64,000 bases of DNA from Octopus bimaculoides. Taxonomy: Eukaryota. The notes under the pieces were generated by a model. That model was given only the letters and a program-made list of their open reading frames with translations, did not search any database and was not told the DNA's origin. Both the position numbers and the translations under genes were made by a program. The stretch is taken from positions 7,109,112-7,173,111 of the forward strand of contig NC_068985.1 of NCBI RefSeq assembly GCF_001194135.2, written 5' to 3'. This document shows, piece after piece, positions 52,587-64,000 of the stretch. The first letter of the stretch is position 1. Each line of letters starts with the position of its first letter.

Positions 52587-54719
52587 AATGCAATCGTGTT
52601 TATGTGTGTTCATTTGAAATTATGGACAACAGATAAGTGGTGACGTTAACATACAAACAGGATGATCTGCAAAGCATTGAGATGACTGTACGAATCCAGT
52701 TTGAGTAATAGCACGCATTCTGTTTCGCAAAAGTTTCTACCCAACGACATGGAGTGTAGATTATAACACTGCAAAGCAATTTTTATCTCTAAAACACGGG
52801 TTAATTCTCCATGATACTGGACACTATTGATCCTGGGATGGTCGATTTAAAGGCACAGTTTACAAACAATCCATATCTACATAGGAAACTTGGGATCACC
52901 TGCTATAATAAATTAGAAAATTCACTGGATATATGTACAATTTAAGCTTTCTAAGGATTTAGATAATGTGGCGTCCTTGTAGTAACTTCTTAATGCCCCT
53001 CATCATTATTATAATAAAAATTATGCTAACAGAAACAAGATTATTGCCTTTATTTTATTCCTCGATACATAAATGTAAAACCTCATTCCTATGTAATCGA
53101 TTCTTAACAGTGTTGATGATTACAACACGGCTGCTATTATCAAATACGTAAGACCTATAGACAGTAGCTATTCTGCTTTACCAATGTCACAGAATACATT
53201 GTGTAATAATACCAGGTCCTTTTCTTTCAAAATATATAGTGATTTGTGTGGTGTTCGTGGCAGTTAGAGCCACTGTCTAGAGTCACTATTCAGGTCGATA
53301 CTTTTCTCAATTAATTTTGTGACAGATTTTTAAATGTTTTTTGGAAAATTGTTTACGTTTATATTTTTTAGACAGAATCACAGGGTAAGAAACTCTGACC
53401 ACTTAATTTTACATCATGTTTGAGACTCGTCACAGAATATAGGACACACTTATTAGATCAGAGACATATACCTTTTGCTTCAACAGAGTATACTCTGCTA
53501 TTTGATAATTTTTCCCCTGTCCTACAACAGAACGAAACAAGGAACCGGATCTTATCCCAGAAGACTGTTCATCTGTGCTCTAACAATACCCACGAATTCA
53601 CCAGTCTGAATTTTATTTTGATGTATGAATCTGGAAGTAATATTGACGAAGATTATTTTAGAGGATTTGGAATTCTGAGCAGAGTAACTAAAAAAAAATA
53701 GCACATTAAAGAAACATCCAGAAAAATATACGTTTGTACCAGATGATGAAATTGACTTATAAACTAAACACAAACATATTTGTCCATTTCTGTAACCAAC
53801 TGTCATGATTTTTAATCCAGAATTCTTGTGAAATGGATTGAGATTTTAATACGAACTTCTGGTAATCAACCACGTAGCTCATTCTAAACTGATATGGCCT
53901 AAATCCCTATTGTGTTGGACATTCTACTACATATTCGATGTTCTGAATTTTATCGCCATCAGCTTAAAATAGTGCCATTGTAAGATTCCTCAAGTTTTGG
54001 AGTTCAATTGGTTTTTGTACTTCCCTGGATTAGTGATGAATGGGTATCAGGCTTAAGAACAACCCATTGTGTTATAGCTCTGATAATTCCACTAATCCAT
54101 TCATAGGTCGCAGAATGAGCAGCTGTTAAAGAATCCTTGTAAGCTATCATCTAGATAGTGTTTATGCCAATATTTAATATATCAGTTGTACAAAAGCGCC
54201 ATCATTATAACATTTGGTATGCTGTCACGTGTGTTTATCAAACCAACCAACAGTATTCCATCTGGATGACATCTATGACATTTCTGCATCTTTTAAAGAG
54301 CTACAAAGTTAACAACAACTGTCTGAAGACTATCATAATGTCGTAGAATCAAAGCAGAGACAGATCAAAGGTTTAGCTTCAAAAGTTGATTAATTTTACT
54401 CTAATTATTACAATTTATCTTTGGCTTCGAGTATGTCTAAGACTCTTTTCTTCTCCGTCGTCATCATCACTCTCTTCTTCTTCTTCTTCTTCTTGTCTCC
54501 CTCCTCCTTCTCCTCCTTTTCCATTTTTTTCCACTTCCGAGATTTTCTTCCTCTTCGTCGTCATTGTTTTCCTCTTTAAGCTGCCGCAAACAAGATACGT
54601 TTCGAAACGCCGCAAAAGAAATCTGTCCTCATTTGTTAAGTCCTCACTTCCATTTTGTATATATCTGCCGTAAACATCCAAGTTGTCTCATTCCTCAATT
54701 TGGGAATCTCTTACAATTT

Positions 54720-54897
54720 TATTTGTTTCAGTCATTTGACTGCGACCATGCTGGAGCACTGCTTTGAAGGATTTTAGTAGAACATATCGACCTCAGGACT
54801 TATTTTTTAAGCCTAGTTCTTATATTATCGGTCCTTTTTGCCGAACCGCTAATTTACAGGGACGTAAACACAGAAATGCCGGCTGTCAAACGGGGAA
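54720..54897 (-). mobile_element. SINE family B 3' half
   Basis: tttcagtcatttgactgcgaccatgctggagcac..aagcctag..ttgccgaaccgctaa..ggacgtaaacac. Confidence 0.85.
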
Positions 54898-54936
54898 CGA
54901 TTACAGATCTGAGCTGACACTAAAAAAATATATATA

Positions 54937-55200
54937 CGAGGTCAGATCAATAAGTATCCGGACTGTTACCATAGTAACGAAGCTAAAGCACACAGTGCAA
55001 AGCCGCTGGACAAAGATTGACCATGAACTCTGCTCTGAATGTGCACTAAGTTTTATCGTTCTAGCACTCTTCCGCTGTTGACAGATGTGCTTGGAAGGAA
55101 GGTGTGCAGAGTGTGATCAATCTTTCCGAACTGGCTTTACTCTGCGTGCTTTAAATTCGTTACTATGGTAACAGTCCAGATACTCATTGATCAGACCTCG
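54937..55200. mobile_element. 264-bp Tc1/mariner-type MITE with long (about 60-70 bp) TIRs
   Basis: CGAGGTCAGATCAATAAGTATCCGGACTGTTACCATAGTAACGAA versus reverse complement CGAGGTCTGATCAATGAGTATCTGGACTGTTACCATAGTAACGAA; flanks TA and TG. Confidence 0.9.
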
Positions 55201-55329
55201 TGCATATACATACATATACATATGTATATATATATATATATAGATAGATAGATAGATAGATGTACATATACATACATAACAAGCCAAGTAGCTAGTTCTG
55301 GAATCTCTAAAATAATGCAAGTTGTACTT

Positions 55330-55382
<53 letters not shown>

Positions 55383-56069
55383 NNNNNNNNNNNNNNNNNN
55401 NNNNNNNNNNNNNNNNNNNNNNNNNNNNNNNNNNNNNNNNNNNNNNNNNNNNNNNNNNNNNGTGTCAAAGAAAACGCAGTAAGCATAATATTTGGCGGTT
55501 CTTCCACGTTGCAGAAGTTGAGACAGCTGACGATCAACTTCAGTCATTGCAGATCAAAAATTGCAAGGAAAACAGTGGGCAAGAATACAAGTCGGGGTCT
55601 GGTTTTAATAATGCGACAAAATGAACGCTTGTGAATGCACAGAAGTTACACAGGTTTTAGAGAAAGTGTCAAATAAGATTCTGAAAGCTGTAAGTCTTCA
55701 ACAAGTGAAGAAACGCAATTGTCTTTGTGTATATATATAAGCGTACATTTGTATGTTTGTATAAGTAGCTACTTTCTTTTCCGAAGTTCTTGGAATTTCA
55801 ATAACTTTCGATTTCGCGCCTTGAAAATGAACTATGTGTTTATATTGTGCTTGGTTACGTTATTATGGAGGTAAATTTCATTAAATAGAAATTCTTATTA
55901 AATTTAGAAAGAGAAAATTAAATTGTTACTCAAGCAGTTTTAGACACTATAGGGATCGATTTACGCTGTCGTTTCAACAGAAACACTTGTAATTGGTTAT
56001 TCCACCAACAAGTTTCTTTTCACGCGTTTGTGGTGCACTGAAACTGTATAGCAAACTGTCCCTTTGAAT

Positions 56070-56240
56070 TACAGGAAGGGACCTTACAAGAGACTTCTAC
56101 AAAGTTTCTCTTTGCAGTTTTTCACTCACCAAGCATAGCATGCACCCAACCGAGACTGTCGAGAAATGCAAGCGTTCGGTATGTCTCGCAATGGAAACGA
56201 AACCGGGATACCATTATTGCGTAGTAAGCATATTCGCCAT
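56070..56240 (-). mobile_element. Highly diverged SINE-B-like head half
   Basis: Loose collinearity with 17500-17651 (ttcactcac..aagca..cgagact..cgcaatgg..gaaacc). Confidence 0.4.
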
Positions 56241-57107
56241 TCCGTTATGTAACCTTCGATAAACGAAATACTTGTGACTCCCAGATACCTGGAAGTATTT
56301 TCAGCATTGCAATGTATTTAGAAGAGGTTACAAAACCACTGTGTTTCTCTTGCGGTTTCTTCATGGGGCAAAATATCTCTGATGTTTATCTCACCTTGTA
56401 TGACCGAAACTATAGCTCTATATTTCGGAGTAAAGAAAAGAGGTACTGCAACTTAGTTTTAAATAAATCCGCCAGAAGTACATATATTGCTCCGATATAT
56501 CTTAATGTTGCACACAGCAGAGCACCAACGACAGGCTATTCAGTCGATCATCGAAAGATCGATTTACTCACTGCCCACCTGTGACTCTCGTTAATGTTAT
56601 TCATACCTTGATAGACAAAGCATCTCTAACAATACAACATAAAGTAATATATTTTTCTCTATGAACATGGTTCATTTATATGAGTGAGGTAAATAGTTTA
56701 CCAGCTCATTAATTAAAATGAAAGACGCGAGAATGTTTGAATTAGCAACCAGAAAAGCGTTGTCACAGTAGATGAATTAAATCGCGCTCCATAATATAAT
56801 AAATCAATATAAACATTTATTGTTGTGATTTATTTTCAGATATCTATTTATCAATATGTAAAAGGTATCGTCTTATCTATAAAATACTTTCTAATGCGAT
56901 GCCCTGTAACCTAACTTTTTTTTATCGCATCTGTCAATATCTTCATTAGTAACACTGCCATAGCGGAAGTTTTCGCTACGAAAACGACATCACTTTCATT
57001 TGCTTAAAGAAAAATATCTATCTATAAGGAGAATGCAAAATGGTTGTAAGAAATATATAGCATCCACTTATGATTCATTCTATTTTCACACAAGTCTAGC
57101 CATTTTG

Positions 57108-57225
57108 AAGAATGGGAAATCGATTACATCGACTCCAGGGGTCAACGGGTACTTCTTCTGTCGCCACGGTAAGGATGAAACGCAGTCAAAATCATCAATA
57201 TTTGAATACAGAACGTAAAGAGTCG
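57108..57225 (-). mobile_element. Highly diverged SINE family A fragment
   Basis: atcgattacatcgactccagg..ggtactt..aaggatgaaa..atttgaatacagaacgtaaag. Confidence 0.55.
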
Positions 57226-59411
57226 CGAAACTTCCATTTAGTGAAACCAAAGAAAACTATTGCCAGATACACCCATACTTAAACACATTTATTCAGCAGT
57301 CATTATGTTTTGGTGATGGTGTGAGTGGTTCAACCCAAGACAGATTTGAGGAAGCATACCTATAGTGAATTGTATATTATATGTTACCGTACCAATATTT
57401 CAGTCTTTTTTCACCTCAGACTACACTATGCAATACCCATGTTAGGGAGCATCGTCAGACAGCTTAAGTTATATATTTGAAACAAGTCGAATGTGAAACT
57501 CATGAACAAATTCCCTAGGTTTGTTTCTAAATAATTCATTTTGTAATTGTCGTAATGAATTTGATTATACTTTAAGAATTTGAAGAATTATTGTAAGTCA
57601 GGTTTTCAGTCAAATTTCAAATTTCTCAGTGAGATGACAGATAAATCGGTGGGAAAAAGTAACTGAAGTTGATGATAATAATGCATGTGTGTTACTTCAC
57701 GCTGAATTATTTGTGAGGACTTAAATTTATTCCAGAACCTCTTTGAACAATAACACAACCATTTTTATTTACCTTGCGTTTAGCTTAAAATTGGATTTTT
57801 CTAGTGAAATTCTGATCAATAATATGTGAATCTGTTTTAGATAGGTGCAATATCAATATTATTATTGGAGACAATTAAAGAAAACGGTTGTTTATATTAT
57901 AGAATTGTGAATGGATATTTCGAAGTCATACTATTTGAACATTCTTGAAGAGGAAGCCATGTTGGATTTCTCAAAATTTTCTGTATCCATACTGCATGTA
58001 AAATAATGTATTTCGTTAGTAACGGCTATTTTTGACTTTTGAATAGGAATAAATATGATATTTAGATTATGTCTCTAATCCTTCGCTACCTCAAGTGTCA
58101 CCGTTACATTCACCCACTTTGCAGTTCGAAATGAAACGGTACGGAGATAAGAAACCTTTGAATGTGTACTTTTTGCGAGGAGGCATAAGAAAGCTTTCTC
58201 TCTCATGTTTAAGATGTGGTTAGTTAGACTTGGAATCTAAAAATATTTTCTCTGTGCATAGTTGACAGTGGCAATCTTGGGTGTTGGAAGACATTCGTTT
58301 TGTAATGAAACTCAACTTTATCTGAACCTGCTTATCTCCCGTGTCTTTTATGAACCAAATAGATTTTGAAACTATTTCTAACATTTATCTAATGTCCTTG
58401 CTGCGTGTACCTAGTTGGGAAATACCTTTGTTGACCTAATGCGCAACATTGCTATAGATTTGTCAATTCATCAGTTGCTGTGTACAAGCTTTAATTTCAT
58501 ATTCAAATGACATATATTCGTGTTTGTAATTGAAGTTTAGCTGAGTTTTTTCAGATATATTTCTGATATGGTTCGTCGTGACTAAACCTATGCCGTTGGA
58601 TTATTTGTACCTGTTATTAAAAGATTGAGGCTTATCACACTGAAGCAGACTGATTTCGCCTCAGAATAAATTTCATGCTACATGTGTTTCTAGAACGTTC
58701 AGCAACGTATGTACTGATTGAATGAGGTGGGAGTTTTGTTGAGCAAAATGAATGAATACTCCATGTCAAAACTGACGGGCATCCAGCATATTACCGATTA
58801 AACGATTGCTGATATTAACAGACGTTTCTTCAATTTGTTATTTATGTGAACTTGAGAGATGAATACTAATCCTCTTAAGGAAGTTTCCAGCAAACAATTA
58901 CAAATCTTTTAGATTTCTAACATGTATATTATATCTTCTTTCCGGATCTACGCTTAGATTTTGTTGTCGTGCCTTGTTCCTCTTTGTACCTAATCTTAGA
59001 TCTCAGGCCACTTTCAGTTTAATTTGTATTTCAATATGGAGTAACTTTGGGAGATATTTTGTCGTTTAATGATAGGTAAGATATTCGTCTACAAACGATG
59101 TTTCTGAAATGTTGTGGATTTCAAATCATGGAAACATGTTTGAGGTTCTATTTAAAATATCAAATGTATATTGTGTTTAATAGTAATGGTGTCTAGGCTT
59201 CGTTTTTTGGGCTTCATCTAAGAAATATGCACTGTTCACATATTTGTTGCAATTTACAATTAGATTCTCTTAAAGGGCTCATTTATATTTATAAAATAAT
59301 CAGAGACAGTATCAATGCATAAAAAAACATACACACAGATGCACATATATGCATGTATATTGTTATATGCAGTTATATGTCTCTATCTCTCTCCCTCTCT
59401 CTCTCTCTCTC

Positions 59412-59443
<32 letters not shown>

Positions 59444-59469
59444 CACACATATATACACATATACCTATA

Positions 59470-59544
<75 letters not shown>

Positions 59545-59549
59545 ATATA

Positions 59550-59587
<38 letters not shown>

Positions 59588-61311
59588 CATACATACATAC
59601 ATATACGCATACATACATACATACGTATATACCGATATATGCGCACACACACTTATTGGCAGTTATTTTCTGTTCTCAAGGAATGTTTATAACTAAATTC
59701 AATTAAAGATAATTAATGTGAAACGCAATCTCTTTGTCGGCTCCAGTCTCNNNNNNNNNNTATATAATACTTCATACTAATATATACTTTTGTTATTTAC
59801 ACCACCTGTCCTCGTCTGTTGTTATTTTTTGTATATTCTCCCATATATATATATAAGCATATGTGTGTTTATGTGTATTTGTTTGTGTATCGACAAAAGA
59901 ACATAATACTGCATATTATGTGTGTCAGGAAAATATCGGTTGTTGGTACTGGATATGCGTAAAACGACAATTGATTCTGAGAATTCTTTGAATATTACCA
60001 TAATTATTTTTCTTATTTGCCTTCTGTTTGGCTAATTAAAATAATTAGAATTTGAAAAAGGAAACTAACATGAAGTATATAGTTTACTAATATAAAGTAT
60101 ATTGTTTACTAATAAAGTTAACATTTACTCTCCTCCATTTCTCAACCCTTCTCACTCTATATAAATACATTCCTCTGAATTATCAATGGCTGATTGTTCT
60201 CTTTATAATTCTTTCCCAGTCTGTCTCTCACAAACGCTCACATACACTCAACATGCATCTCAATTGTAATTCAACTACTCGCATTATAATTCTTTCTGTT
60301 GTTATCACTCTTTAAGTCACATATAAAATTCTTATATGTGAACACTTCTTTATATGCAAATATATGTGTATCTCTGAGTGTGCGTATATCTGTATACGTT
60401 TGTGTATGAATAACTGAAAAATTCTAATGCGTAAAATTCATGTCTATATATGTATTTGTCTTTTGATTTACGCCTGTCTTTCATCATTATCTCTCGTTAT
60501 TTATCTCTCTTAGAATGTATATATTTCTACCTGGTTATGTATTTATATTTTTGCCAATATTCGTTACGACATTTCTCTCCAGTTGCTTCATTGTCAATCT
60601 ATTCACTATATAATTACCTATCATTATTTGAAGGAAACTGTAAGTTAATAAAACAAATGATATTTTTCAACATTTGCCAAATTTAGCGTTTGATCTGCTC
60701 TTTTCACAAACAATGAAGTTTGCTGAATACAATTAATGATCTCAAGCAATGTTCCTTAAAAATGTTTTCAGGAGCGTACGCAACATGTGTGTGAGTGATT
60801 CTATCTGTACTTGTACACATGTGTGGAATTGTGTGATAATGTATGAGTATACCTGTCCGCCTGCGTCCCTTTCCGTATGGTTGTATAGCTCAGAAATCGG
60901 GAATGTAATTGAAAAATATATACCCTAATAAGATGAGATCGAAATGTTTTAGAGTCCATTGTCGTCCCCTTTCAGAACAAAGCACACTTTATAGATTAAC
61001 TTCAAGCTATGGATAATTATTTTTGGGCCTGGTTATATTTAGGCCCCAGTGTATAACCTTCAAACATTCGGGGACACACTATCTGCTCTACCAATTGATC
61101 TGTAGTCAGCTTCTAAAAATCAGTTTCTAGAAATCTTTTATCTTCCAAACAAATGGGTTGGGGGCAATAAGTAATTCTATTCCCACATCAATGTTCAACT
61201 TACACCGGTCACCACACCCTTATGTCGAAGTTCACAGCTAATACCGATACTCACACTGACACACGTACACACAGCCATACATACATACATACATACATAC
61301 ATACACACACA

Positions 61312-61475
61312 CTTCGAAACGTCGAGTTAGAATAGAGGCAGCTGATGAATAATTCCAAGTGGCTTTCTGTTTTCCTATGTGTTCGTTCCGTTGTCTGTAG
61401 TTCATTGTTCTAACGTCGTGTACCCTGATATGCATCTATATACACATGTAGATGAAAGTATATACATATATGTGT
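61312..61475 (+). repeat. Dispersed repeat family E, partial copy
   Basis: Aligns over about 160 bp with the reverse complement of 62282-62445 (cttcgaaacg..gtta.aat.g.ggcagctgatgaa..gatatgcatctata). Confidence 0.75.
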
Positions 61476-61502
61476 GTATACATGCATATATATTTTTTGG
61501 AT

Positions 61503-61533
<31 letters not shown>

Positions 61534-62212
61534 CATGCGAAAACTAGTTTCTGTGTTTCATTGTGTCACACTTCGACCCCCTATCTCGCTACTCATTGAT
61601 ACTCCTGCTATTGCTCATTTTGAGATGAGAGTAATAGTAGGCATAGAGCCGGTAGAAGATTGACGGTTGTAATGGGAATGGGGTGATAGTAATACTATGA
61701 GATGTAGGTGTGATAGAGGTGGAGACAACGGTGATGATGATAGTGGTGGTGGTGGTGGTGGGGGCTGAAGCACTCAGGATCAATGGTGATAGTAAGCGAT
61801 GTGACATACAGTGGTGATGTGATGGTGATAGAGAGGAAGGCGGCGAAGCGAAAGGCATTGAGGGTGGAGGCGTCAGAAGTCTGAATGGTGTGTGTACAGC
61901 AGTTGGGGTGGCGATGGTGATGGTGATGGTTGAAAACAATCAACAGAGAGAAAGAAGGAAAGAGGTTAGTCAGAAAAAAAAGGGGAAGACAAACTATGTT
62001 GTTTATCTTGCAGCCTTGAAATAAGTTCCTAGTCGACAAAATATATCACTGTTTTGATGAAAATTGTTTATTGCTTGAAAGCTATTCTTCAAGTTTGATA
62101 AAATTTAATATGTACTTAATGCATGACATGTCATTGTTGGACCCAAAACCCAATGAAACGCCCTCCACGGGAGAAAGCTTAAAAGCTGGCGTATCGGGCG
62201 GCTTTTAAGCTC

Positions 62213-62250
<38 letters not shown>

Positions 62251-62281
62251 AATGTGTATATGCATATATACGTACATGTAT

Positions 62282-62640
62282 GTACATACTTATATCTACC
62301 TGTATATATAGATGCATATCTGGGTGCAGGACATTGCAAACAAAGCGTAGACAAAATGATAAACGAGTACAGAAAACACACAGGTCACATAGAGAACATC
62401 TCCTTCATCAGCTGCCCCCATTTTAACACAGGCGTTTCGAAGAGTAGAGCAGGACGCATCGTTAAAATGGCTCTTCCCACGGACCACAAATTAAATTTAA
62501 TTCAAATTAAACTTGTAACGTGGAGGAATGTAGTGGCGGACAGAAAACAAAACAGGAAAATGAAACAGTGAGAACAAACAAGAAGGCTATACGGCCAGAC
62601 GTGAAAAAATATGTATGTATTGAACGCTGTAAAGCAACGA
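62282..62640 (-). repeat. Dispersed repeat family E, longer copy with an internal hairpin
   Basis: Homologous to 61312-61475; perfect 10-bp stem ccattttaac/gttaaaatgg (62418-62470). Confidence 0.7.
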
Positions 62641-62846
62641 ACTAGAAAGGAGACGAAGAATTGTTCGTGCTAGCTTCGCGAAAGTGAAAATATGAAAGAA
62701 AGATAAGTAGCCAGACACGTGACCAATATATTTTTGGTGCGCCAGCGATTTGAGAACATAATTTTAATTTAAGAAAAATAAATATTCATTAGAAATTTAA
62801 TATTTTTTTCATAGCCTCTGATAGACATATTATTATGTACACATAG

Positions 62847-63078
62847 GGCGGCGAGCTGGCAGAAACGTTAGCACGCCGAGGGAAATGCTTAGCGGTATTT
62901 CGTCTGCCGCTACGTTCTGAGTTCAAATTCCGCCGAGGTCAATTTTGCCTTTCATCCTTTCGGGGTCGATTAAATAAGTACCAGTTACGCACTGGGGTCG
63001 GTATAATCGACTTAATCCGTTTGTCTGTCCTTGTTTGTCCCCTCTGTGTGTAGCCCCTTGTGGGTAGTAAAGCAATAA
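62847..63078 (+). mobile_element. SINE family A, full length, type-2 tail
   Basis: Head GGCGGCGAGCTGGCAGAAACGTTAGC, B-box GAGTTCAAATTCC, core gcctttcatcctttcggggtcgat. Confidence 0.92.
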
Positions 63079-63094
63079 CACATAGCAAAAGACC

Positions 63095-63621
63095 ATTCAG
63101 GAGAACCACCAACAACCTCGACTACTCACTTTAAAACGGCTAATTCATGTTAGACATAAAGTCCGCAATAGCAGACGTCGACGCGTCCTTGGTCCCGTGG
63201 GAATGCTTTTCGGTCACCCTCCAATGAAACCATAAATATAGTTGTCCATGTGGTTTAAATCAGGATGTCTAGGAAGCCGAATGTTGGTGTTAACATGCGC
63301 ATCAAAACTTTTCGGTTAGTCACTCCTGGATTGTGCAAGTGGCGTGAGAGTGAGCAGAGTTTTGCTGGAAAACGTACCCCTTCGCCCGAGTAACAGCCGT
63401 CACCATCTTTATTGCCTCGATACTGGAGGAAAGAAGTCAGAAGATACGATATAGGTCTCATTGCTCACAATCTCCAAGACCATACCACATTACAGGAAGT
63501 TGGTGTGTATAACAGAAGGCACTTCAGTGGGGCAGCGCAGATCTATCTGTTATTCCTCGCGTTCACTTTTTCATCTTGGATAAAGTTCTTCTCGCCAGAG
63601 AAGAACCTGATAGCATGTCCT

Positions 63622-63625
<4 letters not shown>
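63095..63625 (-). mobile_element. DD37D (maT-type) Tc1/mariner transposase remnant
   Basis: FFSGEKNFIQDEKVNARN..VMVLEIVSNE..YVFQQNSAHSH..(one frameshift)..HPDLNHMD..AIADFMSNMN; 37 residues between the second and third catalytic positions after correcting a 1-nt shift. Confidence 0.85.
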
Positions 63626-63678
<53 letters not shown>

Positions 63679-63700
63679 ATAGATAAATAGATAGATAGAT
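63623..63700. repeat. (GATA)n microsatellite at the truncation point of the maT remnant
   Basis: Seen directly. Confidence 0.95.
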
Positions 63701-63767
63701 TCATATATGCATGTGTGTAAGTGTACATATATCAATATGTGTGTTTGAATCTGCCAGCAATTTAATC

Positions 63768-63808
<41 letters not shown>

Positions 63809-64000
63809 CAGTTTTTTTCTGTATTTTATTGAGAAACCAGTGGTCTACCGTTGAGTTAAATGTTTTTAAGAGATAAAATTTGAAAAGTTGCATTCCCTCG
63901 CTTTCGGTAAATATGTTACTTATATTTGGTAGTTTTTTTTACTTATTTAGTCCCTCGATAGCGTGAGGTATTAATACACAGTTAATGCCCTTTTTATATA

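Noticed and set aside
54386-54681. Acidic/Gly-rich ORF (EEEEEESDDDD) on the minus strand
   Set aside because: Produced by (TCT)/(CCT)/(TCA) low-complexity sequence; similar low-complexity tracts occur at 32840-33130, 51260-51480 and 61660-61940.

Overview
This is AT-rich animal DNA with many microsatellites and several N-gaps. The repeat content (several tRNA-headed SINE families, R4/Dong-type LINE remnants, many Tc1/mariner remnants, and a very high load of (TA)n, (TG)n and (TAA)n) points to an octopus/coleoid cephalopod intronic or intergenic region; this is my inference and was not checked against a database. I found no host protein-coding gene I can confidently recognise, no true tRNA/rRNA gene and no CRISPR array, and most ORFs in the supplied track are microsatellite read-through. 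The supported features are: seven decayed R4/Dong-like restriction-like-endonuclease (RLE) LINE pieces, mostly ending in (TAA)n; one CR1/L2-type LINE 3' end; two complementary copies of one mariner; three other mariner remnants or MITEs; a Tc1 end; a DD37D (maT) remnant; and about 25 SINE copies in four families, labelled A-D here. The best leads are a chain in which (TAA)n tracts act as landing pads (SINE-A tails stacking on each other and R4/Dong elements stacking on them), an asymmetric foldback element at 34.1-34.6 kb, an isolated 31-32 bp hairpin at 47.1 kb, a 3' tail swap within SINE-A, and a repeat family carrying hammerhead-like core motifs. None of these can be called a new biological system from sequence alone.
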